The notes beneath the pieces are model-generated. The model was not told where the DNA came from. It did not search any database and saw only the letters and a program-made list of their open reading frames with translations. DNA of 64,000 bases from Magnetovibrio sp. (GTDB taxonomy: Bacteria > Pseudomonadota > Alphaproteobacteria > Rhodospirillales > Casp-alpha2): contig NZFO01000012.1 of assembly GCA_002690705.1 (NCBI GenBank), positions 53,230-117,229 on the forward strand, given 5' to 3'. Each line of letters begins with the position of its first letter. The first letter of the stretch is position 1. Of this stretch, positions 55,075-63,331 are shown piece by piece. The position numbers were made by a program, and so were the translations under genes.

Positions 55075-55308
55075 ATGATGCAACTAACACCTGAACAAAC
55101 TGAGGAATTCGAGCATAAAATGCGTCAGTTATCTGATTTTGCTGAAACTTTGGGTCTGAGTTTAACAATTAACAGCTTACAGAAAACCAAAATACAGAGA
55201 AAAGAAACCTCTCCGGAAGAAGCTAAAATTTCAGGAGTTCGCAATCTCGACAGCAATGTGGCGATCGATAGTATTTGTGACTGCCAAATTACATACCATC
55301 CAAATTAG
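55075..55308 (+). CDS. hypothetical small protein
   Basis: 77-aa ORF with GGAG 3-6 nt upstream of tandem ATGs. No recognisable domain. Confidence 0.4.
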   Translation: MMQLTPEQTEEFEHKMRQLSDFAETLGLSLTINSLQKTKIQRKETSPEEAKISGVRNLDSNVAIDSICDCQITYHPN

Positions 55309-55331
55309 TGATTTAAATTATGCTGAGTAGC

Positions 55332-55385
55332 TTGATTTTAGGAGCGATTGCAAAATCAAAATGAGAACAAACGCTAACAAAATTA
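55332..55385 (+). repeat. partial copy (E) of the recurring intergenic module, 5' block only
   Basis: TTGATTTTA then GGAGCGATTGCAAAATCAAAATGA (55341-55364), compared with module A GGGACGATTGAAAAATCAAAGTGA (59984-60007). Confidence 0.55.
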
Positions 55386-55540
55386 GCAGACACTCATGTT
55401 GGCTCCACTCAACTCACAATTCTCACATTTTTTCGGCGCCCTAAATTTTTTCAGGTGCATGTCATCAAACGACCATGCAGTGTTAGACACCCTAATTGCC
55501 AAGGCAAATAGAATGTTAATTGTGAGTAGTTTAGAGTGGC
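55383..55540 (-). pseudogene. fragment paralogous to the N-terminus of the pentapeptide-repeat gene
   Basis: Hand translation KLLTINILFALAIRVSNTAWSFDDMHLKKFRAPKKCENCELSGANMSVC-stop, compared with KLLVINILFVLAMGISAPAWTFNEIHLKKFKALNKCENRDLSEAKL. There is no ATG and an upstream in-frame stop. Confidence 0.7.
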
Positions 55541-55622
55541 TAAGAAACGATGCTTAACATTTTTTTGCGTCTCTTCCCCGCTTAACTAAGTAGTTTGAGG
55601 GAAATTTAAAAGCTCAAAGAGA

Positions 55623-56930
55623 CTAATGAACTTTTAGCTTTGGCCGCACTATCCGATTAACATGACCAATTAAAATGAGCGTGAGACCCCTTAATAAACC
55701 ATGAATAGCCAGAAGGTGCAGACGATATAGAGACCAATAAGCTACTCTAGCCAATCTGCCCTCTATCGCCATATCACCTCTGATTAGGTTCCCCATAAGA
55801 CTTCCAATTGTGAAAAAACGGCTAAGCGACACAATCGATCCATTATCCTTATAAATAAACTCTTGAAGCGGTTTTTTTTCAATTTTAGCACAAAGGTTTA
55901 CAAACACTGCTTTAGCCATCTGGTGCGCAGCCTGTGCCCGTGGATGCAAGGGACGGTCAGCTGTTTTCGGAATGAATGAAGCACAATCGCCTATTGCAGA
56001 TATTCGCTCATCTAGGCTCGTTTGCAAAAACTCGTCCACCACTAGCCTTGAGAGCTTATCGGTCTCAAGACCATCCAATTCCGAGAGATAATCCGCACCT
56101 TTTACTCCGGCGGCCCATAAGGTGAGGGAAGAGTTAATTTTTCGTCCGTCGCTCGTCGTAATTTGGGTTTTACCAACCTCGGAAACTACTGTTGATGTGT
56201 GAATGGTTACTCCCATCAAGGATAATTCCTTCTTTGCCGTACTTGCCAGTTTCTCGGGGAGCGAGGGAAGTATGCGCTGACCAGCTTCGATCAGACTGAC
56301 CCTCAGGCGGCTTTCGTCAAAATCTTCTAAGCCATAATTTTTTAGACTTTTCGCTGCGTTATAAAGCTCCGCCGCGAGTTCGACCCCTGTAGCTCCACCA
56401 CCAACGATCACCACATCGACGTGAGCATCTTTATGGCCTGAATCAACTTGAAGAGATACCTTAAAACATTCATTCAAAAGTTTGGCTCTAAATTCGTCAG
56501 CATGCGCACGTTGCTCCAAAAAAAGCGCATTCGTCGAAACTCCACGGATGGAAAAATCATTAGAGACACCGCCAGTCGCTATAACCAAGTAATCGTAATA
56601 AATGTCATGAGCTTTGATGATTTCCTCTCCATTCTGATCTTTAAGTGGAGCAATTGTTATCAGCCGCTTGTTTCGATTAATGCTATGAAATGTTCCATAA
56701 AAGAAACGGTATCCCCATTTTACACCGTGACCACCATACCCGACCTCATCCAGATTAGCGTCCAGCGAGCCTGCTGCTACTTCATGAAGAAGAGGTTTCC
56801 AGAGGTGTGTTCGGTTTTTGTCAACTAGCATGATTTCAGTATCTTTAGCGCTAAAATATGTCCCTAGCTTACGCACCAATTCCAGTCCGCCAGCCCCACC
56901 GCCAATCACAACAATCCGTTTCTTATCCAT
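55623..56930 (-). CDS. ndh: type II NADH dehydrogenase (NDH-2)
   Basis: 435 aa with two dinucleotide-binding motifs (IVVIGGGAGG, VVIVGGGATGVE) and a C-terminal membrane-association region. Confidence 0.88.
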   Translation of the reverse strand: MDKKRIVVIGGGAGGLELVRKLGTYFSAKDTEIMLVDKNRTHLWKPLLHEVAAGSLDANLDEVGYGGHGVKWGYRFFYGTFHSINRNKRLITIAPLKDQNGEEIIKAHDIYYDYLVIATGGVSNDFSIRGVSTNALFLEQRAHADEFRAKLLNECFKVSLQVDSGHKDAHVDVVIVGGGATGVELAAELYNAAKSLKNYGLEDFDESRLRVSLIEAGQRILPSLPEKLASTAKKELSLMGVTIHTSTVVSEVGKTQITTSDGRKINSSLTLWAAGVKGADYLSELDGLETDKLSRLVVDEFLQTSLDERISAIGDCASFIPKTADRPLHPRAQAAHQMAKAVFVNLCAKIEKKPLQEFIYKDNGSIVSLSRFFTIGSLMGNLIRGDMAIEGRLARVAYWSLYRLHLLAIHGLLRGLTLILIGHVNRIVRPKLKVH

Positions 56931-57105
56931 TTACGTGTCCACTACTTCTTAATTTAATTACGATTAATAGATGCAACATTTTACTGTTCATAATTTTAAT
57001 AAGAGCTAATCTTGCCAAGATTCCTCCCATTATTCTGAAAAGATCATACATCATTTTAATAATGCAAATTACCGGTTATGTCTTCAGCGATTATTTAATG
57101 ACCAA

Positions 57106-57122
57106 CATGTAAATATTACATG
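57106..57122. promoter_or_regulatory. palindrome CATGTAA-ATA-TTACATG upstream of ndh
   Basis: Read directly: 7-bp perfect arms, 176 nt upstream of the ndh start in an AT-rich spacer. Confidence 0.3.
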
Positions 57123-57264
57123 GGTAAACTTATTCTAACAGCGCTGCGTAAAATAACTCGCAATATAATTATAACCAGTTTTACCCATAAAAAATTCAGT
57201 TGTGCCTAGTTCATACCAGCAAATGGACTACCTATAACTAGGCAGTTGTTCATATAGGTATGCA

Positions 57265-57475
57265 GGGATAACCTCAAGGTTGATTTTCTCAAAGATTGGG
57301 TGTTCTGAGAATTGCTTCTACCGGCAGCCATCAAACTCATTCTTAAAAAGATGGTCAGTAGTCAGGGCAAGTGCAAGAATAACCATCGATGGGGGTGTAA
57401 GGCCGAACTTCCCCCGAAGAATAAAGGCTCTTGGACACTCTCCCAGAGGGAACCGTAAGAGACGGACTATCCAAG
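57265..57475 (-). pseudogene. fragment paralogous to the N-terminus of the PD-(D/E)XK nuclease gene (original 54245-54440)
   Basis: Hand translation CPRAFILRGKFGLTPPSMVILALALTTDHLFKNEFDGCR-TAG-KQFSEHPIFEKINLEVIP, compared with CPRTFVLQRKFGLKPPSMVPLTLAVATDHLLKNEFDGYREKQSSEHPIFEKFNLEVIP. Confidence 0.75.
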
Positions 57476-58132
57476 GTCTTAGCCAAGAGTGAGCCTTTAG
57501 GGAAACTCATAGCCGTCGACACAGCCGAGTTGATTGAGAGAACAACCCACATAGGCAATATCGGACCCAGACAACAGGTAACCGCTTCCCAGATGAGCAA
57601 GTTCGAGAATGCTATCTTGGGCTTTGGGAGACTAAGAATTAAATATCGAACAACAGGTAAGGCAAAAGCGTCGTGGCGAGAGGTTGAACCTCTTGGGCTT
57701 CTATTTGGTCGATTTGGTTATCTCGTGGCGAACCTATCCAAGACCGCAATGAAACCCCTCACCTACCGTCTCGACCTCATCGAGGATGTTGAGGATTTGC
57801 GAGAGATGTTCGAGGAACCCAAAAATTTTGATTTTAAAGAATGGGCAAAAGAGAGTTTTGGAATTTTTCACGGCGATGAATTGCTGGATATAAAACTTCG
57901 TTTTACGGGAGAAGCGGCAAAACGAGCCGAAAAAATCTCGTTTCATCCATCTCAAAAGATGAGCAAGGGACGAGGTGGCTCAACCATCATTGAATTGAGG
58001 TGTAGAGGTCATCGAGAACTCATCCACGAACTTTGCCACCCAGACTGGGTTGGGCAATTAGCTATTGAAAAACCAGACGAATTCCGTGCATCGTATTTCG
58101 AGTATGTAAAAGAGTTGGGAGAACTATCCTGA
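57431..58132 (+). CDS. WYL-domain protein lacking the N-terminal HTH (WYL + WCX domains only; TTG start; possibly a pseudogene)
   Basis: 233 aa with a WYL-type core (GRLRIKYRT...REVEPLGLLFGRFGYLVA...YRLDLIEDVE), then a C-terminal extension (IKLRFTGEAAKRAEKISFHPSQK...IIELRC...). The 5' end abuts and overlaps the nuclease-fragment junction. Confidence 0.7.
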   Translation: MDTLPEGTVRDGLSKVLAKSEPLGKLIAVDTAELIERTTHIGNIGPRQQVTASQMSKFENAILGFGRLRIKYRTTGKAKASWREVEPLGLLFGRFGYLVANLSKTAMKPLTYRLDLIEDVEDLREMFEEPKNFDFKEWAKESFGIFHGDELLDIKLRFTGEAAKRAEKISFHPSQKMSKGRGGSTIIELRCRGHRELIHELCHPDWVGQLAIEKPDEFRASYFEYVKELGELS

Positions 58133-58283
58133 CTTTGCTTTTCCGCAACTTGTCGATATATTGGCGAAATTACGCAAGAAAAAGGGAGAAATTTGCGTTT
58201 ATTGTTGAGAAATTCCCGACAATCTTTTGACAATCTTTTTTTGGTGTTTTCAAGAGTATCGTAAGTCATTGATTTTATTAGTT
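58133..58283 (+). repeat. copy D of the recurring intergenic module (tandem 11-mers GACAATCTTTT x2 at 58218-58239; TTGATTTTATT at 58269-58279)
   Basis: Read directly. It lies immediately after the WYL gene stop, as does copy A. Confidence 0.7.
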
Positions 58284-58321
<38 letters not shown>

Positions 58322-58385
58322 AAGATAGCTCTCCAGCCCTTCATTTGCGTTCAGCCTAATTTAATCAATTAATAGAGTTCTTTAC

Positions 58386-58416
58386 AGTCGCAGAAATCTG
58401 CGACTTCCTTTTTTTA
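58386..58416 (+). terminator. rho-independent terminator
   Basis: The AGTCGCAG-AAAT-CTGCGACT hairpin (58386-58405) is followed by TCCTTTTTTT. Confidence 0.8.
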
Positions 58417-58417
58417 T

Positions 58418-58439
58418 GGACAAGTTTTGGACAAGTTCT
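58418..58439 (+). repeat. tandem 11-mers GGACAAGTTTT / GGACAAGTTCT
   Basis: Read directly. They are related to the GACAATCTTTT pair 200 nt upstream. Confidence 0.8.
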
Positions 58440-58600
58440 GTTTTTATGGTATCTTATCGGTATGGCAAAATGCCGTCCCCTTCTCGATACCTATGAAGCA
58501 GTTGTTGAAAGCAGAGTTTGGTTTCACAAGCAACGGAACAATGGTAAGACCTCTGGCAACTTGTCGCCAAAATTGATTTTCCATCAGTATTTCTAATATC

Positions 58601-59563
58601 ATGAGACAATTTTTAACCAAAAGAAAAGTCGCTTTATTTGCAATTGGTGTAATTGCTATGAGCCTCCATTTTAAGTGGTCATCTTTTGTTAATGTTGTCG
58701 ATTACCTTTTTATGAACGGCCCTTATCTCAGCCGAACGCTTATTTATTCAGCAGAAGTTTTTGGACCCGCGAGCCGAGAACTTGCCGAAATTATTTATAA
58801 AAACCAGTACGAGGATAGGCACTGGTATAGGGTCAACTTGAGGAAAGCTAACGCCGCACTTAGGTCAAAAACAGGAATAGAGGCAAAAGTTATCAAAAAC
58901 TTTCAAATATTCATAAAAGCTTATTTAAAAATAAGAGACTCCTATCAAGGGGCCGACGCAATAACCGAGGATGTGGCAGTCAAAAAAGTAGTCGCTTTAG
59001 TTAATAAGTTCTATCAAAAGCACAAAAGAGCGAGTGTACCGCATGATCCTCAGACCTTTTTGAATTGGCCATTCCATGGTGAGAACCATTTAATTAAAGT
59101 TGCAGCTACCACAACCGCATGCGGCATAACCGCTGAGGCAACGTTAACATTACTGCGTGATCTCGGATTTCAGACTAGATTACTTGGCGTTGCTAATTCG
59201 GCGGAAAAGATTGTCTTCAATCACGTTTTGCTCGAGTACTATTCCAATCAACACAAGAAATGGATCATGCTTGACCCAATGGTGGGCGACATAGCAGGGA
59301 ACTCTGAGGCTTCACTGAGCGCGATTGAGATGATCCAATCTGTGCAAGCTCGTCAGAAGCTAAATGAAAAATGGAGTCAAAACGGGAATAGCCCGCTTGG
59401 CAAGGTTAACTTCAACCCGGTCTATAAATCTGAATCGATTATATTTTTTTCCCGCGATTTAGGGCCATTCAAAGAAACTTTTTATTACGCTAATAGTGAG
59501 CGGATAAGAGAAAGGGTAAAAGAACGAGTGTCCCAGATGCGCTTTCGACCAGAATGGCTATGA
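58601..59563 (+). CDS. transglutaminase-fold (Cys-His-Asp) protein with N-terminal membrane anchor
   Basis: 320 aa with an N-terminal TM (VALFAIGVIAMSL) and a core pattern TTACGITAEATLTLLRDLGFQTRLLGV...NHVLLEYY...KWIMLDP, equivalent to C...H...D of transglutaminase-like cysteine peptidases. Confidence 0.65.
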   Translation: MRQFLTKRKVALFAIGVIAMSLHFKWSSFVNVVDYLFMNGPYLSRTLIYSAEVFGPASRELAEIIYKNQYEDRHWYRVNLRKANAALRSKTGIEAKVIKNFQIFIKAYLKIRDSYQGADAITEDVAVKKVVALVNKFYQKHKRASVPHDPQTFLNWPFHGENHLIKVAATTTACGITAEATLTLLRDLGFQTRLLGVANSAEKIVFNHVLLEYYSNQHKKWIMLDPMVGDIAGNSEASLSAIEMIQSVQARQKLNEKWSQNGNSPLGKVNFNPVYKSESIIFFSRDLGPFKETFYYANSERIRERVKERVSQMRFRPEWL

Positions 59564-59619
59564 TAACGTGCTAAAAAATTAACGACTTTATCATTCTATT
59601 GAAAGAGGTGGCTGCCTCA

Positions 59620-59978
59620 CGTATATCCTCTCGTCTGCTCATCAAATTGAGTTCATGGGGTCGAGAAACTTTAAATTTAAAAAGTGGGCGAAACCGGGTT
59701 TTAGATTTTTTCTCTGGGCCAAGCTATTGGAAATAAAACTTCGTTTTACGGGCGAAGGCTCAAAAAGAGCCAAAAAAATTTCATTTCATCCATCTCAAAA
59801 GATGAGCAAGGGACGAGGTGGCTCAACTATCATTGAATTGAGATGTAGAGGTCATAGAGAACTCATTCACGAACTATGTAGACCAGAGTGGGTCGGGCAG
59901 TTAGTCATTGAGAAACCAGAGGAGTTTCGGACAAAATATTTTGAGTATTTAGATGAATGTGCGAAAGCTATCGCTTAA
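59620..59978 (+). pseudogene. 5'-truncated second copy of the WYL gene (end of WYL domain + WCX domain)
   Basis: Track ORF 59655..59978: ...NFKFKKWAK...IKLRFTGEGSKRAKKISFHPSQKMSKGRGGSTIIELRCRGHRELIHELCRPEWVGQLVIEKPEEFR, compared with copy 1 residues ~135-225. Nucleotide similarity is traceable back to about 59620 (LTYIL vs LTYRL). It starts 57 nt after the upstream gene stop. Confidence 0.75.
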
Positions 59979-60188
59979 TATGAGGGACGATTGAAAAATC
60001 AAAGTGATGACAAGTTCGAACAGGAACGACAGAAAGCCTAGGGCGAGGATACATCCCACAATGCACTCTACGTCAAAGTCACGTCAAAGTAAAACTAAAG
60101 CGTTGATTTTATTTATGAAATCGCTCTGGGACGATTGAGTGGGAGTGATTTATTTATTGTTTAATATCAATAGGTTAGGCGTTTTTTT
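59972..60188 (+). repeat. copy A (full length) of the recurring intergenic module
   Basis: 5' block CTTAATATGAGGGACGATTG (59974-59993); distal site AATCAAAGTGA (59997-60007); tandem ACGTCAAAGTC/ACGTCAAAGTA (60070-60091); TTGATTTTATT (60103-60113); GAGTGGGAG (60137-60145). Confidence 0.85.
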
Positions 60189-61097
60189 ATGAATGATATG
60201 ATCGAATTCAAGAAATGGATGGAGTTAAGTACCGATCTGTCGGAAAAGTCGATGAAGAATTACGCTGGTGGAGTAAAGAAAATTGAGGCAGATCTTCTGG
60301 AACTCGATCTGACTAACCAAAATCTTTTTGAAATAACTAGTCCAGATGATTTGACGCATTTAAAAAGTCAATATTTTCAGATTTCAGAGAATAAGGAATT
60401 AGATGAACGAGGCAAAGGTATGTACAGCGCTGCGTTCAACAAATTAATAGAGTTTAGAACAGACCAAGGTTCAACTCCCCTCTCCGACGAAGGAATTGTT
60501 TACATACTCTCGAACCCTGCAATGCCTGGATTAGTTAAAATTGGCAAAACAAACAATTTACAAAATCGACTCAATAGTCTGTTCAGCACAGGTGTTCCTA
60601 TCCCATTTCGATGTGTATATGCAAAAAGAGTAAAAAATTATTCAAAAGTAGAGTCTAAACTTCATAACGGTTTAAGAAGTATGCGAGAAAATCCAAATCG
60701 TGAATTTTTTCGAATAGCAGAAGATGAAGTAATTAATTTTCTGGAAATGGTTGAAGGGGAAGACATCACCCCAAGAGAAGATCGATTTGAAGATAAAGAG
60801 GACGAAGTTGCTTTCGAGAGAGCAACGAGAATTGGACAGAGATTTAACTTTGAAATGGTGGGCATCAAAATTGGATCAATGCTTCATTTTATTCGCGACG
60901 AAAATATCACCTGTAAAGTCATATCAAAAAATAAGGTTGAATTTGAAGGAAGCGAGCATTCACTCTCGAGCGCCGGTTTGATCGCAACTAATAGATTTGG
61001 TTTCAATTGGAAGAGCGTTGCTGGACCACTTAATTGGAAATTTGAAGGAGAAATATTAGACGAAAGAAGAAAGAGATATGAAAGCGGTGATGAGTAG
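60189..61097 (+). CDS. T5orf172-type GIY-YIG domain protein with extra N- and C-terminal domains
   Basis: 302 aa. The central region GIVYILSNPAMPGLVKIGKTNNLQNRLNSL...PIPF...ESKLHNGL...NREFFRI fits the T5orf172/MUG113 pattern. The C-terminal ~90 aa (SLSSAGLIA...GPLNWKFEGEIL) resemble the small domain capping GIY-YIG proteins in R-M loci (inference). Confidence 0.78.
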   Translation: MNDMIEFKKWMELSTDLSEKSMKNYAGGVKKIEADLLELDLTNQNLFEITSPDDLTHLKSQYFQISENKELDERGKGMYSAAFNKLIEFRTDQGSTPLSDEGIVYILSNPAMPGLVKIGKTNNLQNRLNSLFSTGVPIPFRCVYAKRVKNYSKVESKLHNGLRSMRENPNREFFRIAEDEVINFLEMVEGEDITPREDRFEDKEDEVAFERATRIGQRFNFEMVGIKIGSMLHFIRDENITCKVISKNKVEFEGSEHSLSSAGLIATNRFGFNWKSVAGPLNWKFEGEILDERRKRYESGDE

Positions 61098-61210
61098 TTT
61101 CTTTATTGATTTGCTATAATCCACCAGAGTTTCAAAGCAGTTTCAAAGTAAAACCAAACTATTGATTTTATTGAATAAAATAGGGTATTTTTATTGAGTG
61201 GGAATAATCC
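61098..61210 (+). repeat. copy B (5'-truncated) of the recurring intergenic module
   Basis: Tandem AGTTTCAAAGC/AGTTTCAAAGT (61128-61149); TTGATTTTATT (61162-61172); GAGTGGGAA (61196-61204). Confidence 0.8.
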
Positions 61211-61325
61211 AAAAAATTTTATTAGGGTGATATGCGAAATGCTGAAATTCAATTTTTTTAAAACACTGATGTTCTCATCAATGTTATTAAAAATATGCTG
61301 TGCGCCACAGTTCGGAGAATAACTA

Positions 61326-61922
61326 ATGGCAACAATAAAAGCCACAAATCCAGTAAACGACTACAAACAAGAAATTTCTGAATTGAGTTGGTTGTGGAGT
61401 TTGATTTTTGGCGCATTCTTTTTTGCGTTTAAGGGGGCGTGGAAGCACTTCATTATTGGTATTATTGCGGCCATAGTTACGGTCGGAATTAGCTGGTTAA
61501 TTTATCCATTCTTCGCACGTCAAATAATTATTAACTCCTATCTTGAAAGAGGTTGGTCTATTGATGGCTTGCCTCAAATAGAGATGCCTGACGGTAAGTT
61601 CCAAGCCAGTTCTATAAAAAGCTCAAAAACGGCACCTTTACTTTTTCTCGCATCATTTGCTCTTTGGCTCATGGTCTCTTCTTACTTTGGCTTAATCTTG
61701 CTTTATGCCTTCGAATTGGATTATGAGCAAATAGTCCCAATCCAGGCACTTGCGTGGACGGTACTAGGACCGTTTATAATAATTGTCTTTGATATTTATC
61801 CCTCGATCAAAACTGGAGCTTTTTTAGCCTACACCACTGGAGCCGTCTCGCTGATAGTCCACTCTCTATTGCTTTGGTTCGCATATGGCGTATTCAAAAA
61901 CAGTCGGCAAAATAAAGATTAA
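61326..61922 (+). CDS. DUF2628-like multi-pass membrane protein
   Basis: 198 aa. The N-terminal WLWSLIFGAFFFAFKGAWKHFIIGII...YPFFARQIIINSYLERGW resembles DUF2628. Three further TM helices follow. Confidence 0.6.
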   Translation: MATIKATNPVNDYKQEISELSWLWSLIFGAFFFAFKGAWKHFIIGIIAAIVTVGISWLIYPFFARQIIINSYLERGWSIDGLPQIEMPDGKFQASSIKSSKTAPLLFLASFALWLMVSSYFGLILLYAFELDYEQIVPIQALAWTVLGPFIIIVFDIYPSIKTGAFLAYTTGAVSLIVHSLLLWFAYGVFKNSRQNKD

Positions 61923-62046
61923 TATATAAAGGGTAAATTAGGCACATATACGCTTAACCTCAGTAGCAGAGAAAACTGTATTCTTTGCCGTAGCGTACCA
62001 AGCCTTGAATAACTCCCTCACAACCCGGTCATGGGACTTTTGATTA

Positions 62047-62080
62047 CCAGATACGGATTTTCGTCTACGCAGTCTTCTGG
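62047..62080. repeat. 34-nt repeat, copy 1 (partner 63717-63750)
   Basis: CCAGATACGGATTTTCGTCTACGCAGTCTTCTGG vs CCAGATATGGGTTTTCTTCTGCGCAGACGTCTGG, 28/34 identical. The ends are inverted (CCAGA...TCTGG). Confidence 0.7.
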
Positions 62081-62134
62081 CTTCTCTAACCAGTTGAGAA
62101 CCGAGTTCTAAATAAGATTTTCGCCCCCCCACGT

Positions 62135-63331
62135 TTAAATTGTCCTCGCTGATCGCGCCGCAAGAGTAAGAGCTATGGCCCCTGATAGACCAATAATTGC
62201 AGTGGTGACAATCAATAAATGGTAGCCGCCGATACTCCAGATCATCCCGGCAATCGATGGGGCGATAGCCATCGAAAACAAAAATGGGACGGCAAGAAAT
62301 CCAGCAACGACGCCAAACCGACGACGCCCAAGAAGTTCCGCAATTAAGATTGGACGCACAATGCTCGCAACCCCAAAACCGGCTCCTTGAAACAGCACAA
62401 ATAGGATTAAGAACACCATTCCGGACCCAACGCCGAACAACATTAGCGTGGCAAAAGCCATCGAGAGAAAGGCCGCTGTTGCTACCGCAACAACCTGAAC
62501 CCGCCCTTCAAATGCGATCATTGCCAGTCGCCCAGATACCTGCATTGGCCCAATCATAGCCGCTGCAAAAACTGCCATTTCAGAATGAACGCCTCTCTCG
62601 TCTAACAAAACTAACAAATGTGATAGAATAGCGTTATGATCGAATGCCATCGCAGCGAATGCAAAGCCAAGGAGCACCAAAGTACGCAGGGTTACAGGGT
62701 TTAAATTCTGCCCAGTATTTTGGGCGGGCGGTTCTGGTGGGGCCGGATTTGCAGTCTGTGCTTGGGACACAGCATATAAATTTAAAGGTGCAGAAATCAG
62801 ACCTATTAGAATGGCAAATGTCAAAATAACACCTCTCCAACCAATTTCTTCGATCAGAGCGTGAGCGGTTGGAAAGGCAATAGTACCGGCAAATCCAGCA
62901 AGAAGCGTAACCAGCGTTATTGATTGAGGCGCCCGTTTTCCCATGTGGAGAGTTAAAATTGCAAAGCATGGTTCGTAAAGACTGCCCGCCATAACCACCC
63001 CTAAACTCGCCCAGACGAGATAGAAATGCCAAAGCTCTGTCACAAATGATAAGGCCCCCAATAACACTGCGGTGACTAGTGTTGCTGTTGGAAATAAAAT
63101 TTGGCTGCGACCTTTATCAATCTGTTTGCCTACGAACGGAGCTAAGAACGCCGATAGCAGTAAGGCGGTTGTAAAAGCGCCGGCGGCCTCCGCTTTTGAC
63201 CATCCAAGGTCACGTTCCCATTCGCCTAACAATGATGGGAAAAGGTAAAAAGCCCCGGCCCATAGGAATGTCTGAGCGATGGCTAAGGGCCAAACTATAC
63301 GCTTAAACTTTGTTCGGTGACTAGACACCAT
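62135..63331 (-). CDS. MFS transporter
   Basis: 398 aa with 12 predicted TM helices. It is visibly GC-richer than its flanks. Confidence 0.85.
   Translation of the reverse strand: MVSSHRTKFKRIVWPLAIAQTFLWAGAFYLFPSLLGEWERDLGWSKAEAAGAFTTALLLSAFLAPFVGKQIDKGRSQILFPTATLVTAVLLGALSFVTELWHFYLVWASLGVVMAGSLYEPCFAILTLHMGKRAPQSITLVTLLAGFAGTIAFPTAHALIEEIGWRGVILTFAILIGLISAPLNLYAVSQAQTANPAPPEPPAQNTGQNLNPVTLRTLVLLGFAFAAMAFDHNAILSHLLVLLDERGVHSEMAVFAAAMIGPMQVSGRLAMIAFEGRVQVVAVATAAFLSMAFATLMLFGVGSGMVFLILFVLFQGAGFGVASIVRPILIAELLGRRRFGVVAGFLAVPFLFSMAIAPSIAGMIWSIGGYHLLIVTTAIIGLSGAIALTLAARSARTI

Noticed and set aside
58590-58603. Sigma70-like promoter TTGATT-N16-TAATAT directly in front of the transglutaminase-fold gene ATG
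   Set aside because: The -10-like hexamer ends 1 nt before the ATG, so transcription would start inside the ORF. Either the start codon or the promoter guess is wrong, and it is not reported as a feature.
61938-62132. Track ORF (64 aa, minus strand, GTG start) just downstream of the MFS gene
   Set aside because: It is highly basic with no domain. It overlaps the 34-nt repeat whose second copy (63717-63750) is not in an ORF. It is kept only as a repeat feature and cannot be fully excluded as a small gene.
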